Translations under genes and position numbers: made by a program | Shown: positions 1 to 14,491 of the stretch, in pieces | How positions within the stretch are numbered: the stretch's first letter is position 1 | Layout: each line of letters opens with the position of its first letter | The notes under the pieces: model-generated | Seen by the model: the letters and a program-made list of their open reading frames with translations, nothing else | Databases searched by the model: none | Told to the model about the DNA's origin: nothing | From: Octopus vulgaris | Lineage: Eukaryota | Direction: 5' to 3' | NCBI GenBank assembly: GCA_951406725.2 | Contig: OX597842.1 | Span: 434,001 to 498,000 of the forward strand | Length of the DNA stretch: 64,000 bases

Positions 1-866
1 ATACCTCCTCTTTAGTTCATGCCACCCAAAACACACCAAGACAAATATCCCTTTCAATTTGGCTAAAAGGGTATGCACCATTGTCTCGGATCCAAAAACA
101 CGAGAAATACGCCTTCAAGACCTCAGAAAAACACTATTACAACGCCAATATCCCTCCACCCTTATAGAGTATGGAATAAAACACGCCAAAGAACTAGACA
201 ACACTACACTGAAAACCACCCAACCTAACACCACACACAACCTCAAAATACTTCCATACATTTCCACCCACAACCCCAAAAATATCGAAGCATACACCAC
301 AATCATACAAAACCTCAGTCTACTGTCAACAGACCCAAAAATGAAAAACATTATAAATACACACAAAATCCTCAAATGTAAAAGGCAACACAAATCTTTA
401 AAAAAACTCTTGACAAATGCCAAACTTCACACACCACATCCACCCCCAGTAGTAAAAAAAATGTGCACGCCCAAACTGTGGTACCTGCCCCCTCCTACTT
501 GAAGGCTCTGAATTTACCTTCAAACAAGGTACGAAGTTTAAAATCAAGACTAACTTCTCCTGTTCCTCCGAGAACCTTATCTACATTCTCACATGCGCTG
601 GTTGCCAACATAATTATGTTGGACAAATGAGTCTCCCATTACGTAAACGAGTAGCGGTGCATAAAGAACAAATAAATCTCCCGGAATACCGACAAATTCC
701 ACTGAGTGACCACATAGACTCATGCGCTAAAGACTTAAACCCCAAATTCTATATATTCCCCTTCTACCAATGTAAAGACGGGATCACCACACAGGAGAGA
801 ATTAACAAGGAGAATCTCTTTATTGAAAAATTCCAAACACAACTTAATATACAAGCTCCTCGTTGA
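1..866 (+). pseudogene. Penelope-like element: RT thumb/linker plus GIY-YIG endonuclease, 5'-truncated by window edge, one frameshift
   Basis: Frame 2 from base 2 reads YLLFSSCHPKHTKTNIPFNLAKRVCTIVSD, the PLE thumb YLxxxSxHP motif. A shift at the A-run ~453-461 gives frame 3 KKCARPNCGTCP...FSCSSENLIYILTCAGCQHNYVGQ...RVAVH...KENLFIEKFQTQLN*, i.e. Cys linker plus GIY-YIG motif. Confidence 0.9.
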
Positions 867-1710
867 TCAAACTTCCTTTTTCTACCTCATTCTTCATGGA
901 TGGACTAACACAAATATATAAGGATACCATAGATTCATCACTTCAAGATAAAACTTATATTCTTTAAATATCATTTTTACTATTGTTGTTATTACTATCA
1001 TTTTTATTATATATGATATAACAATCTGAAATGTAATTATAAATTGGTCTATGCAAATTTATATAATTAGAAAATAATATAAATAAAGTATAAAATCTGA
1101 AAGTTAAGTTAACAAACAATTATATATGAAAAAGATAATACAAATGAAGCTAAAATGATAATTTTATAATTTGGGGTTTATTAGCAGCCTTCATTACAGG
1201 GGATTTTGAGAAACAAAAATTGAAGAACTCAAAAGAGTTGTCTCCCTTTATTCACAACACAGGAACTGAAGAACCACAATTACTACTACTTCCTGTTTTT
1301 GCCAACATCCTTAATTAAACCAAATAACACATGGTCTTAATCCCATTGGATCCTAATACCTCAAGGTAATTTTTTCGTGAACAATCATAAAACTCAAGAT
1401 ACACAACGAACTCACAATGTATCGGAGAACTTATTTTTTAATTTTTGTACATATTTATTATTATTCTTTTGCAAAAAACAATGCAACTTTCTTTTTTCCC
1501 CCTTTCTCATTTAAAAAAAACTTTTTTACCTAACTATTCTTGATTAGTCACACTATGATGAAACCGGTTTGAATAAATATATATTTATATATTTTTTCAA
1601 TTTCTCATTTCATTAAAATTTTCTTTCAATTTAGCATTCTGCATTTTTACAATTTTTCCTCGTTTATCATTCCTCCATGTGCGGTCAACACAACCCCACC
1701 ATTTATTGAT
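867..1710 (+). mobile_element. Probable 3' region/pseudo-LTR of the Penelope-like element
   Basis: Directly follows the GIY-YIG stop. Contains cacactatgatGAAACCGGTTtg-aataaa (~1549-1578), which looks like a hammerhead with stem II lost, and ends at a (TA)n tract. Confidence 0.45.
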
Positions 1711-1744
1711 CTATATATATATATATATATTATGCGTGTGCATA

Positions 1745-1948
1745 TGTTTGTGTGTCAGTGTTTGTCCCCCCAACATCTCTTGACAACTGATGCTGGTGTG
1801 TTTACGTCCCTGTCACTCAGCGGTTCGGCAAGAGAGACCAATAGAATAAGTACTAGGCTTACAAAGAGTAAGTCCTGGGGTCGATTTGCTCGACTAAAGA
1901 CAGTGCTCCAGCATGGCCGCAGTCAAATGACTGAAACAAGTGAAAGAA
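1745..1948 (+). mobile_element. SINE family A, 3' half
   Basis: Matches the body and tail (…gctggtgtgtttacgtccc…cagtcaaatgactgaaacaagt) of full copies such as 60878-61292. Confidence 0.85.
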
Positions 1949-2184
1949 TATATATATATATATAAATTAGAGATAAAACCACTATTATGCAATTCAAACA
2001 ACGATAGACATAAACCAAATCATAAATAAAAAGTAAAATATATTTTTTAAAAAGATATAACTCGATCCTAAAAAGTACAAAAATGAATAAACAATATGTG
2101 AAATTTGATTTAAAACTAAATTGAATTTTTCCCTGTAAGTTTGGAGTTATACTCCCTAATATTATATACATATATATATATATA

Positions 2185-2381
2185 ACGGGAAGGTTTACGA
2201 AAATAAACAAAAGACGAAGGCAGGTGGAGTACAAACAAACAATTGTATTAGTATGGCGCTCAGGAATAGAAATAGAACAAGTCTTTTACGTTTCGAGTCT
2301 ACGCTCTTCGACAGAAAGATACACAGAAAAAAACAAGGAGAGAAAAAAAATTGCGTGTAGGAGCTAACGAGCTATCATGGC
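2185..2381 (-). mobile_element. Short hammerhead-bearing element, probable solo Penelope-type pLTR
   Basis: Flanked by (TA)n and contains the hammerhead motif at 2282-2319. Shares layout with 33076-33265 and 61818-62043. Confidence 0.6.
2282..2319 (-). ncRNA. Minimal type I hammerhead ribozyme motif (A6 variant)
   Basis: Reverse complement: TCTTT-CTGTCGA-A-GAGcgtagaCTC-GAAA-CG-TA-AAAGA. Stem I is 5 bp, stem III is palindromic ACGT, and the cleavage triplet is GUA. The core is CUGUCGA rather than CUGANGA. Confidence 0.6.
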
Positions 2382-2734
2382 ATATATATGTATATATTAT
2401 GCTAGATTCATTGAGGTTGCAGAGGGGTGGATATGAGGGTGGGCGGGGTGATTCCTAAGCACTAATTTCCATTCTTCAGATAAATGTCAGCTTCAGTTCT
2501 TTCCAACTTAGCAAACATTGTGCTTTTCACAGTTCCCCGTAACACTTCAACTAACCCCAAGGCAATGATCTTTTCTGTACAAAAATTACTTATTGTATAT
2601 TGCATGATGGCGTGCAACCGTTCACAGTCTTCGTTATCTGTTAATTAGCTTTAATTTTTGATCTGTCACCTTATTACAGGCCATAGGCGGGCGACATCAG
2701 CAACAAAAACAATTTTGTTACCATCAGCAGGAAA

Positions 2735-4590
2735 TCTCTACGTGGTTGCTCCGCCTGCAAGAAATAGCAGCCAAATCTCTTTTAAATCACAACCTACTGT
2801 CCGATGTATGATTCAATGAGTGTGACCTCCATATGGTAGCTAGACCTACTAGAAATAACAACCAATGAGTATGGTAGCTAGACCTACTAGAAATAGCAGC
2901 CAAATCTCTTTTAAATCACAACCCACTGTCTGATGTATAAATGTATGTATGAGTCAATGAGTGTGACCTCTATACGGTAGTTAGACCTACTAGAAATAAC
3001 AGCCAAATCTTTTTTAAATCACAACCTACTATCTGACGTATGAGTCAATGAGTGTGACCTCTATACGGTAGCTAGACCTACTAGAAATAGCAGCCAAATC
3101 TCTTTTAAATCACAACCTACTATCTGTTGTATGAGTCAATGAGTGTGACCTCTATATGGTAGATAGACCTACTAGAAATAGCAGCCAAATCTCTTTTAAA
3201 TCACAACCTACTATCTGATGTATGAGTCAATGAGTGTACCTCTATACGGTAGCTAGACCTACTAGAAATAGCAGCCAAATCTCTTTTAAATCACAACCTA
3301 CTATCTGATGTATGAGTCAATGAGTGTGACCTCCATATGGTAGCTAGACCTACTAGAAATAGCAGCCAAATCTCTTTTAAATCACAACCCACTGTCTGAT
3401 GTATGAGTCAATGAGTGTGACCTCTATACGGTAGCTAGACCTACTAGAAATAGCAGCCAAATCTCTTTTAAATCACAACCTACTATCTGATGTATGAGTC
3501 AATGAGTGTGACCTCTATACGGTAGCTAGACCTACTAGAAATAGCAGCCAAATCTCTTTTAAATCACAACCTACTATCTGATGTATGAGTCAATGAGTGT
3601 GACCTCTATATGGTAGATAGACCTACTAGAAATAGCAGCCAAATCTCTTTTAAATCACAACATACTGTCTGATGTATGAGTCAATGAGTGTGACCTCTAT
3701 ACGGTAGCTAGACCTACTAGAAATAGCAGCCAAATCTCTTTTAAATCACAACCTATTCTCCGATGTATGAGTCAATGAGTGTGACCTCTATATGGTAGCT
3801 AGACCTACTAGAAATAGCAGCCAAATCTCTTTTAAATCACAACCTACTATCTGATGTATGAGTCAATGAGTGTGACCTCTATATGGTAGATAGACCTACT
3901 AGAAATAGCAGCCAAATCTCTTTTAAATCACAACCTACTATCTGATGTATGAGTCAATGAGTGTGACCTCTATACGGTAGCTCGACCTACTAGAAATAGC
4001 AGCCAAATCTCTTTTAAATCACAACCTACTATCTGATGTATGAGTCAATGAGTGTGACCTCTATACGGTAGCTAGACCTACTAGAAATAGCAGCCAAATC
4101 TCTTTTAAATCACAACCTACTATCTGTTGTATGAGTCAATGAGTGTGACCTCTATATGGTAGATAGACCTACTAGAAATAGCAGCCAAATCTCTTTTAAA
4201 TCACAACATACTGTCTGATGTATGAGTCAATGAGTGTGACCTCTATACGGTAGCTAGACCTACTAGAAATAGCAGCCAAATCTCTTTTAAATCACAACCT
4301 ATTCTCCGATGTATGAGTCAATGAGTGTGACCTCTATATGGTAGCTAGACCTACTAGAAATAGCAGCCAAATCTCTTTTAAATCACAACATACAGTCTGA
4401 TGTATGAGTCAATGAGTGTGACCTCTATATGGTAGCTAGACCTACTAGAAATAGCAGCCAAATCTCTTTTAAATCACAATGCCCTGTCTTATTTGTGTAT
4501 ATATGTATGTATGAGCCATTAAGGGAGACCTCTACATGATAGCTATAACTAATACAAATAGTAGCCAAATTTCCCTCTAGTCATACCCTC
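2735..4590. repeat. 91-bp minisatellite array, ~19-20 units
   Basis: Unit gagtcaatgagtgtgacctctatacggtagctagacctactagaaatagcagccaaatctcttttaaatcacaacctactatctgatgtat, with degenerate units at both edges. Confidence 0.95.
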
Positions 4591-4760
4591 TTCTCTTATC
4601 TATGAGCCAATAGACTATATATTATTCATATAAGATACAGTGTACATTAAAACACATTAAGAGGCTAATTATCCTTAATTAGTGGTTTGGACTTTAACTG
4701 TTCTTTCTAGCATAATGGTTCCTATGATGGAAGCCTCTTGATGTATTTTAATGTACACTG

Positions 4761-4820
<60 letters not shown>

Positions 4821-4821
<1 letters not shown>

Positions 4822-5178
4822 GGCGCAGGAGTGGCTGTGTGGTAAGTAGCTTGTTTACCAACCACATGGTTCCGGGTTCAGTCCCACTGCGTGGCACCTT
4901 GGGCAAGTGTCTTCTGCTATAGCCCCGGGTTGACCAAAGCCTTGTGAGAGGATTTGGTAGACGGAAACTGAAAGAAGCCCGTCGTAAATATGTATAGATA
5001 TATATGCGTGTGTGTGTTTGTGTGTCTGTGTTTGTACCCCTAGCATTGCTTGACAACCGATGCTGGTGTGTTTATGTCCCTGTTACTTAGCGGTTCGGCA
5101 AAAGTGACCAATACTGGGCTTACAAAAGAATAAGTCCAGTATGGCCAAAGTCAAAATGACTGAAACAAGTAAAAGAGT
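4821..5178 (+). mobile_element. tRNA-derived SINE family A, near full length
   Basis: Head ggcgcaggagTGGCTGTGTGG (A box)…GGTTCAGTCCC (B box), internal (TA)/(TG) tract, gtaaaaga tail. Confidence 0.9.
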
Positions 5179-5285
5179 ATATATATTGATAAAAATGGTA
5201 AGACAACAAAAGAAAGAATGAGACCTCGATATTATGTAAATAGAGGAATCTATCTGTAAATGTAATATGTGACAATTATTCGGTA

Positions 5286-5355
5286 GCCATGATAAAACTC
5301 TGAGTTTCAGATGTTGGGGTAGAAACCCACGCTGGCATCTCTTCAGTTATCTGGC
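5286..5355 (-). ncRNA. Type I hammerhead ribozyme motif with extended stem II
   Basis: Reverse complement: GCCA-GATAA-CTGAAGA-GATG…GGGTttctACCC…CATC-t-GAAA-CTCaGAG-TT-TTATC-a-TGGC. Both core boxes are intact and stems I-III pair. Confidence 0.7.
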
Positions 5356-5369
5356 CATCGAAAAAAATG

Positions 5370-5790
5370 CTAGTCCTAGGTACACTATGTCTCAATATAA
5401 GATGGCATGGTCACTGCTGAAAAATCTTTGATCATAGATCTGTGTGTGTTGATCAAGACTGACCAAGGGCTAAACATTAACAACAATGACCACTATTCCT
5501 CACAACTATACATTAGATAGTGTAGTCCTAGATACACTATGCCTGAATAAAAGATGGGGTGGTCACAGCTGAAACATTTTTAGGCATACAACATACAACA
5601 ACTGTAACCAGTGATGCTAACTACTCTACAGTACATTAGATGATGTTGTCCAAGATAGACTATGCCTGAACAAAAGATGGGATAATCACAGTTGGAACAT
5701 CATAGGTCTGCTGGATCAGGACTCACTAATACTAAATACTGTACTATAGATGATGTAGTCCTTGATAGACTATGCCGGAATAAAGATAAT
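5370..5790 (+). repeat. Tandem degenerate copies of a dispersed repeat (tagtcctagatacactatgcctgaataaaagatg…ggctaaacaacaac)
   Basis: About four diverged units here. The same family occurs as two units at ~28690-28975. Confidence 0.7.
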
Positions 5791-6049
5791 ATAATCTCCT
5801 TTGCTTCTACCCTGATACCTGGTGGTATTTATTTTGTTTCATTTAAGTCTTGAGTTCAAATCCTGCTCGGATGAACTTTTACCGTTCATTCAGATAAAAG
5901 TTGGCTGTATGAATACCAATGATATACTGGGGGTGTTTTAATTGACTTAATCATTGTGAAACCTATAATGGCTCTTTGTACTTTAGAAGAGATGTTATTA
6001 CGTGTACACTGAGATTGCCTCTTTGAAGACGGAATTGAATTTTGGTAAA

Positions 6050-6677
6050 TGAGGGAGAGAGGGAGAAGGAGAGAGGGAGGGAAGTGTAATGGGAGAGAGA
6101 GAATAAGAGTATGAGAGAGAGAGAGAATGAGAGAATGAGAGAGAGAGAGAATAAGAGAATAAGAGAGAGAGAGAGATAGAATGAGTGTTTGTGTGTGTGT
6201 GTGAGAGAGAATGTGTGTGTGTGTGAGAGAGAGAATGAGTGTGTGTGTGTGTGTGTGAGAGAGAATGTGTGTGTGTGTGAGAATGAGTGTTTGTGTGTGT
6301 GTGAGAGAATGTGTGTGTGTGTGTGAGAATGAGTGTTTGTGTGTGTGTGAGAGAGAGAATGTGTGTGTGTGTGAGAATGAGTGTGTATGTATGAGAGAGA
6401 ATGAGTGTGTGTGTGTGCGTGAGAGAGAGAGAAAATGAGTGTGTGTGTGTGTATGTGAGAGAGAATGAGTGTATGTGTGTGTGTGAGAGAGAGAAAATGA
6501 GTGTGTGTGTGTGTATGTGAGAGAGAATGAGTGTATGTGTGTGAGAGAGAGAAAATGTGTGTGCGTGTGTGTGTGAGAGAGATGGAATGCCTGAGTGTGT
6601 GAGAGAGAAAGGATGTATGTGTGTGTGTATGTGTGAGAGAGAGAGAGAGAATGTATGTGTGTGTGAGTGAATGTGCT

Positions 6678-6745
<68 letters not shown>

Positions 6746-7077
6746 CGAAGGGGTAAGAAGAATGGAGAGATAGAGATGGAGAAAGAGAACATGTGTGTGT
6801 GAGAGAGAGAGAGAGGGTAAAAGAGTGGGAGTGAGTGATAGGGAAAGGTGGGGAAGTTGGAGAGGTGGAGGTGATAGCAGTTGGCGATTGTGCTGGGGAA
6901 CATTTTGGTAAATTAGTTCTGGAACTTCAAAGTGGTTCAATGTAGACATACATACATAATATATATACATATACATATATACATACGTAACATATACACA
7001 CACACATATATATATATACATATAAACATATATATATATACATACATATATATACACATATGTACATATATATATAT

Positions 7078-7125
<48 letters not shown>

Positions 7126-7183
7126 CATACTGCTGTTGCCAACTTAGCACTGAGTAATCTCTGTTTTGTTTATGCTGCTGCTG

Positions 7184-7240
<57 letters not shown>

Positions 7241-7475
7241 TCACCGTGAATACTACTATTACTACTCAAACTATTAGCTTCTGTGGCTACAACATATATA
7301 TAGATATATATATATACACACACACACATATATATATACACACACATATATACTTACTTGGGAAGGGATTCGTTGTGTTCAATTAAATAAATATATATAC
7401 ACATGTGCTTTTATACAAATACATACATACATAGATATATACATACATACAAATATATATATATACATACATATA

Positions 7476-7567
<92 letters not shown>

Positions 7568-7785
7568 CGCACATATATCTATACATTCTCTCTCTGTCAC
7601 ACACATACACACACATGTGTTTGTGTGTGTGAGAGCATATATATATACATAAATAAATGGACACAGATGAGGGTGTATATTCATATCTATAGCTGTCTCT
7701 GTCTGTCTCACCCTCTGTATAGATAGACAGAGAGATGAGATGACATACATACATACATACATACATACATACATACATACATACA
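6050..7785. repeat. Compound microsatellites (GA)/(GT)/(TA)/(CTA)/(CATA)
   Basis: Directly visible low-complexity tracts. Confidence 0.95.
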
Positions 7786-8195
7786 GGAGTGGCTGTGTGG
7801 TAAGTAGCTTGTTTACCAACCATGCGGTTCCGGGTTCAGTCCCACTGCATAGCACCTTGGGCAAGTGTCTTCTACTATAGCCTCGGGACGACCAAAGCCT
7901 TGTGAGTGGATTTGGTAGACGGAAACTGAAAGAAGCCCGTCGTATATATGTATATATATATATATGCGTGCGTGTGTTTGTGTGTCTGTGTTTGACCCCC
8001 TAGCATTGGTTGAGAACCGATGCTGGTGTGTTTATGTCCCTGTTACTTAGCGGCTCGGCAAAAGAGACCGATAGAGTAAGTACTGGGCTTACAAAAGAAT
8101 AAGTCCCGGGGTCGAGTTACTCGATTAAAGACGGTGCTCCAGCATGGTTGCAGTCAACTGACTGAAACAAGTAAAAGAGTAAAAGAGTAAAGAGT
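7785..8195 (+). mobile_element. SINE family A, full length
   Basis: A/B boxes, internal TA tract, (gtaaaaga)3 tail. Confidence 0.9.
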
Positions 8196-8389
8196 ACATA
8201 CATACATACATATATATGCACACACGTACATCAATCTATACATATGATCTTGCATACATGTATACACACACACATACGCACACACACACACACACATATA
8301 TATATACACACACACAAACATTCATACACAAATACACGTATTAACAGTTAAGTTTACATCAATTAGTATTGAAATCATCAAACAGCAAA

Positions 8390-9980
<1,591 letters not shown>

Positions 9981-10495
9981 TGCAATTATTTTTATATTTC
10001 CTCTTCTCTTTTATCAAATTATCGAAATATTACATTATCCTCCGCCGATCACAATATTTCGCTGACAAAGAATTTATTCCTCAGAGCAAATTCAATTGTG
10101 TTTTGTTATTTATTTCACTTTTTTTGTTTTTTATATTTTTCTTCTACTTTCACTTTCACTTTCCACCATTTTAACTTTTGTTTCATTATCAAATAATTCA
10201 ATGTTCGTTTAGAAATTTTAATTATTCTTGATAAGCAAACGAAGCTACATAAAGTGATTTTCATTAAAAAAAAAAATAAAAGAACCCTACAAACAACAAA
10301 AATTGGAACTACAACAATAAAAAAATAATCACCACAAATTTTTGCCATTTTACTGATTGGAGCTAAATCAACTTGTTTCAAATATGTTTGAAGGTTAGTT
10401 TACATAAAATAACTATTGAATTTGACAATACACCAGGGTATTATGGGCAACGAGACAGCTTGGGTGCTTGACTATAGTATCATGGAGTAACGGAT

Positions 10496-11930
10496 AGGTG
10501 GCGAGCTGGTAGAATCGTTAGCACGCCGGGCGAAATGCGTAGTGGTATTTCGTCTGCCGCTCCGTTCTGCGTTCAAATTCCGCCGAGGTCTACCTTAACT
10601 TTCATCTTTTCGAGGTCAATAAATTAAGTACCAGTTATGCACTGGGGTCGATATAAGTGGCTTAATCCGTCTGTCTGTCCTTGTTTGTCCTCTCTGTGTT
10701 TAGCCCCTTGTGGATAGTAAAGAAATAGGTATTTCGTCTGCCGCTACGTTCTGAGTTCAAATTCCGCCGAGGTCTACCTTACCTTTCATCTTTTCGGGAT
10801 TGATAAATTAAGTACCAGTTATGCACTGGGGTCAATGTAATCGACTTAATTCATTTGTCTGTCCTTGTTTGTCCCCTCTATGTTTAGCCCCTTGTGGGCA
10901 GTAAAGAAATAGGTATTTCATCTGCAGCTACGTTCTGAGTTCAAATTCCGCCGAGGTCGACTTTGCCTTTCATCCTTTCGGGATCGATAAATTAAGTACC
11001 AGTTATGCACTGGGGTCGATGTAATCGACTTAATTCATTTGTCTGTCCTTGTTTGTCCCCTCTGTGTTTAGCCCCTTGTGGGCAGTAAAGAAATAGAAAA
11101 GGTATTTTGTCTGTCGTTACGTTCTGAGTTCAAATTCCGCCGAGGTCAACTTTGCCTTTCATCTTTTCGGGATCGATAAATTAAGTACCAGTTATGCACT
11201 GGAGTTGATGTAATCGACTTAATCCCTTTGTCTGTCCTTGTTTGTCCTCTCTGTGTGTAGCCCCTTGCGGGCAGTAAAGAAATAGGTATTTCATCTGCTG
11301 AGGTCTACTTTGCCTTTCATCCTTTCGGGGTTGATAAATTAAGTACCAGTTACACACTGGGGTTGATGTAATCGACTTAATTCGTTTGTCTGTCCTTGTT
11401 TGTCTCCTCTGTGTGTAGCCCCTTGTGGGCAGTAAAGAAATAGGTATTTCGTCTGCTGAGGTCTACTTTGCCTTTCATCCTTTCGGGATCGATAAATTAA
11501 GTACCAGTTACACACTGGGGTCGATGTAATAGACTTAATTCGTTTGTCTGTCCTTGTTTGTCCCCTCTATGTTTAGTCCCTTGTGGGCAGTAAAGAAATA
11601 GATATTTCGTCTGCTGAGGTCTACTTTGACTTTCATCCTTTCGGGGTCAATAAATTAAGTACCAGGTACGCACTGGGCTCGATGTAATCGACTTAATCCC
11701 TTTGTCTGTCCCTTCTGTCCTCTCTGTGTGTAGCCCCTTGTGGGCAGTAAAGAAATAGGTATTTCATCTGCCAGTACGTTCTGAGTTCAAATTCTACTTT
11801 GCCGTTCATCCTTTCGGGGTCGATAAATTAAGTACCAGTTACACACTGGGGTTGTTGTAATCGACTTAATCCATTTGTCTGTCCTTGTTTGTCCCCTCTA
11901 TGTTTAGCCCCTTGTGGGTAATAAAGAAAC
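10496..11930 (+). mobile_element. SINE family B: one head plus about 8 tandem body/tail units
   Basis: Head aggtggcgagctggtagaatcgttagc…gttcaaattcc, then repeated units gcctttcatcctttcggggtcgataaattaagtaccag…aaagaaata of ~157-190 bp. The central motif resembles the Meta-domain SINE core (from recall, unverified). Confidence 0.85.
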
Positions 11931-12182
11931 AGATATCATGGAGAAACAGAGCAGTTTATTGTTGGGGTGGAATACTGGTTTAAGCATGCCATATAACCCC
12001 ACCATAACTTTTTTAGTTTTGGGAATTTTTTCGAAAATTTTAAAGAATTTGTGTTCTACATATGGGATTTCATATAATAATGCAAAAAAAGATTTTGTTT
12101 GTGTGTGAAGTGAGGGTGATTTAACTGTTATTTCTAGCAATTCACACAACCACCTGATAACTTGTCTCTCTGACACTCTGAT

Positions 12183-12447
12183 TTTTTACTCTTTTACTTG
12201 TTTCAGTCATTTGACTGCAGCCATGCTGGAGCACCGCCTTTTTAGTCGAGCAAATCGACCCTGGGACTTATTCTTTGTAAGCCCAGTATTTATTCTATCG
12301 GTCTCTTTTGCTGAACAGCTAAGTGACGGGGACGTAAACACACCAGCATCGGTTGTCAAGCAATGCTAGGGGGACAAACACACACATACACACACATATA
12401 TATATATATATACACACATATATATGACAGGCTTATTTCAGTTTCCG
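12183..12447 (-). mobile_element. SINE family A, 3' portion
   Basis: Reverse complement of family A body and tail. Confidence 0.85.
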
Positions 12448-12825
12448 TGGTGATGGTGATGATGGTGACAATGACAATGATGATGATGGTGATGATAATT
12501 ATTTTGATGATGATGATGATGGTAATACTGATGATGGTGATGATAGTGATGATGATGGTGATGATAATTATTTTGATGATGATGATGATGGTAATGATGA
12601 TGATGATGATGGTGATGATAATGGTGATAATGGTGATAAAGAGAGAAAAGAGTAAAGAGTATATATATATATATAATTTAAATAATTTGGGAAAACAAAT
12701 TACCAAATCAATCAGGTACAACCCTTCAGCATTACATGGATCTGCATATCGTACCTTGGGGTCTTATATATCATATATTCATATATTTATCTAGAAATAT
12801 ACAAAATATCTTATAAAAGTCTATA

Positions 12826-12987
12826 ATAATTCAGTTTTGGGGATTAATAGATATGCGGGTATTCTATTTCAGGTAATACAAAAGAAAAAAAATAAGTTTA
12901 CTTTCAGATATACTTATTAGGTTTTTTTTTATTGTATTATCTGAAATAGAATACCCATATATCTATTAATCCGCAAAACTGAATTAT
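12826..12987. repeat. Inverted repeat (~56-bp arms, ~50-bp spacer)
   Basis: ataattcagttttggggattaatagatatgcgggtattctatttcaggtaatacaa pairs with ttgtattatctgaaatagaatacccatatatctattaatccgcaaaactgaattat. Confidence 0.85.
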
Positions 12988-13164
12988 CCCTCTACCTCTA
13001 CCTCTCTCTCTCTTCTCTCCCCATGTGACCGGTGTTTGGCCAGGCCTGACCTTTCTTTCTTGGTTGGACTATTGTCCGTGCAACATCTATATTCCTCCCT
13101 GTGTCTGTTAAATCTTATTTTCCCGCCATAAGACTTTACTTCCAAACACGCAAGCTTAATTTAA

Positions 13165-13497
13165 TTTGTCATTAGTCGAAAGACACCTGTTGTTATTTAT
13201 ATTTGTGTAACATTTCTGTTTTTTTTTTTCCCGTCCTTGTTTTCGTATACATTCGCTTGTTTCTTCCAAGGAATGTAATGCTCTTAGCTTATTTTTCCTT
13301 GGGGCTGGCCAGATTGGAGCAATCTTGAGTATAACCAGCCGAAATTGCAAAGATAATCCGGAACTCAACTGAGGATAGAAAACTCTGAATGATCCATCCT
13401 TGTTTTCCTTGTATCGTCTGTTTGGATGTTTTGTTGTCCCTTTTTTGTATCACCTAACTGTCTGGATATTTTGCGTTCTTGTCCCATTTTTGTATTA
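13165..13497 (+). mobile_element. Unclassified ~330-bp dispersed element
   Basis: Diverged homologue in opposite orientation at ~33285-33645 (gtcgaaagacacctgttgttattt vs aaataacaacaggcatctttcaac). Both abut (TA)n. Confidence 0.6.
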
Positions 13498-13517
13498 TAT
13501 ATATATATATATATATA

Positions 13518-13790
13518 TCATCATCATCATTTAACGTCCGCTTTCCATGCTAGCATGGGTTGGACGATTTGACTGAGGTCTGGCGAACCAGACTCCAATC
13601 TGATATAGCAGAGTTTCCACAGTTGGATGCCCTTCCTAACGCCAACCGCTCCGAGAATGTAGTGGGTGCTTTTACGTGCCACCGGCATGAGGGCCAGTCT
13701 GGTGGTACTGGCAACAGCCACATCCAAAAGGTGCTTTTTACATGCTACCTGCACAGGAGCCAGTCCAGCGGAACTGGTGAAGTCCTCGCT
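13518..13790 (-). mobile_element. RTE-type LINE 3' UTR fragment (family C)
   Basis: Reverse complement ends gttggcgttaggaagggcatcc…ccatgctagcatggaaagcggacgttaaat(gat)n. Further copies at ~15665-16070, 16885-17560, 18280-18870, 23350-23898, 37175-37408, 48130-48840. Confidence 0.8.
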
Positions 13791-13792
13791 TG

Positions 13793-13838
<46 letters not shown>

Positions 13839-14491
13839 ATATACATATATACGATGGGCTTCTTTCAGTTTCCGTCTACCAAATCCACTCACAATGCTTT
13901 GGTTGGCTTGAGGCTATAGTAGAAGACACTTGCCCAAGGTGCCACACAGTGGGACTGAACCCAGAACCATGTGGTTGGGATATAAACTTCTTACCACACA
14001 GCCATGCTGTATATAACAAAACTTTTAACAATTTAAAAAAGAAAAACCATTTTGAACCATTTTCTTTTACCACTTTTCAAATTCAAAATAAATCATTTTT
14101 GAAAATCATTGAAATAAAAATAAGAAATATGTTTTTCAGAAAATATATTTGGCAATGATAAATTTTTGATGACCAATTCCATTTATTTTTCAAATTTTAA
14201 TATATTTGATTAATTTTTTCCGAAATTAATCGGCCATAAATTCGATGCTAAGCAGACATATTTATTATTTAAATTATTAATTAATAAGGCAAGCTGGAAA
14301 AATTGTTTGCAGACCAGACAAAATGCTTCTAATTCTTTATATTCTGTCTTCAAATGTTGCTGAGGTTTAACTTTACCTTTTACCCTTTCTGAGTTGATAA
14401 AATAGGTACCAGTTATACACTAGGGTTGCTGAAACTGACTAGCACCACCCAGCCAAATTTCAGGCCTTATTATTATTATTATTATTATTAT

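Noticed and set aside
2400-2735. Possible promoter (GGGCGGGG box, several CpGs, TAAT sites)
   Set aside because: A single GC box with no linked exon is too weak to call.
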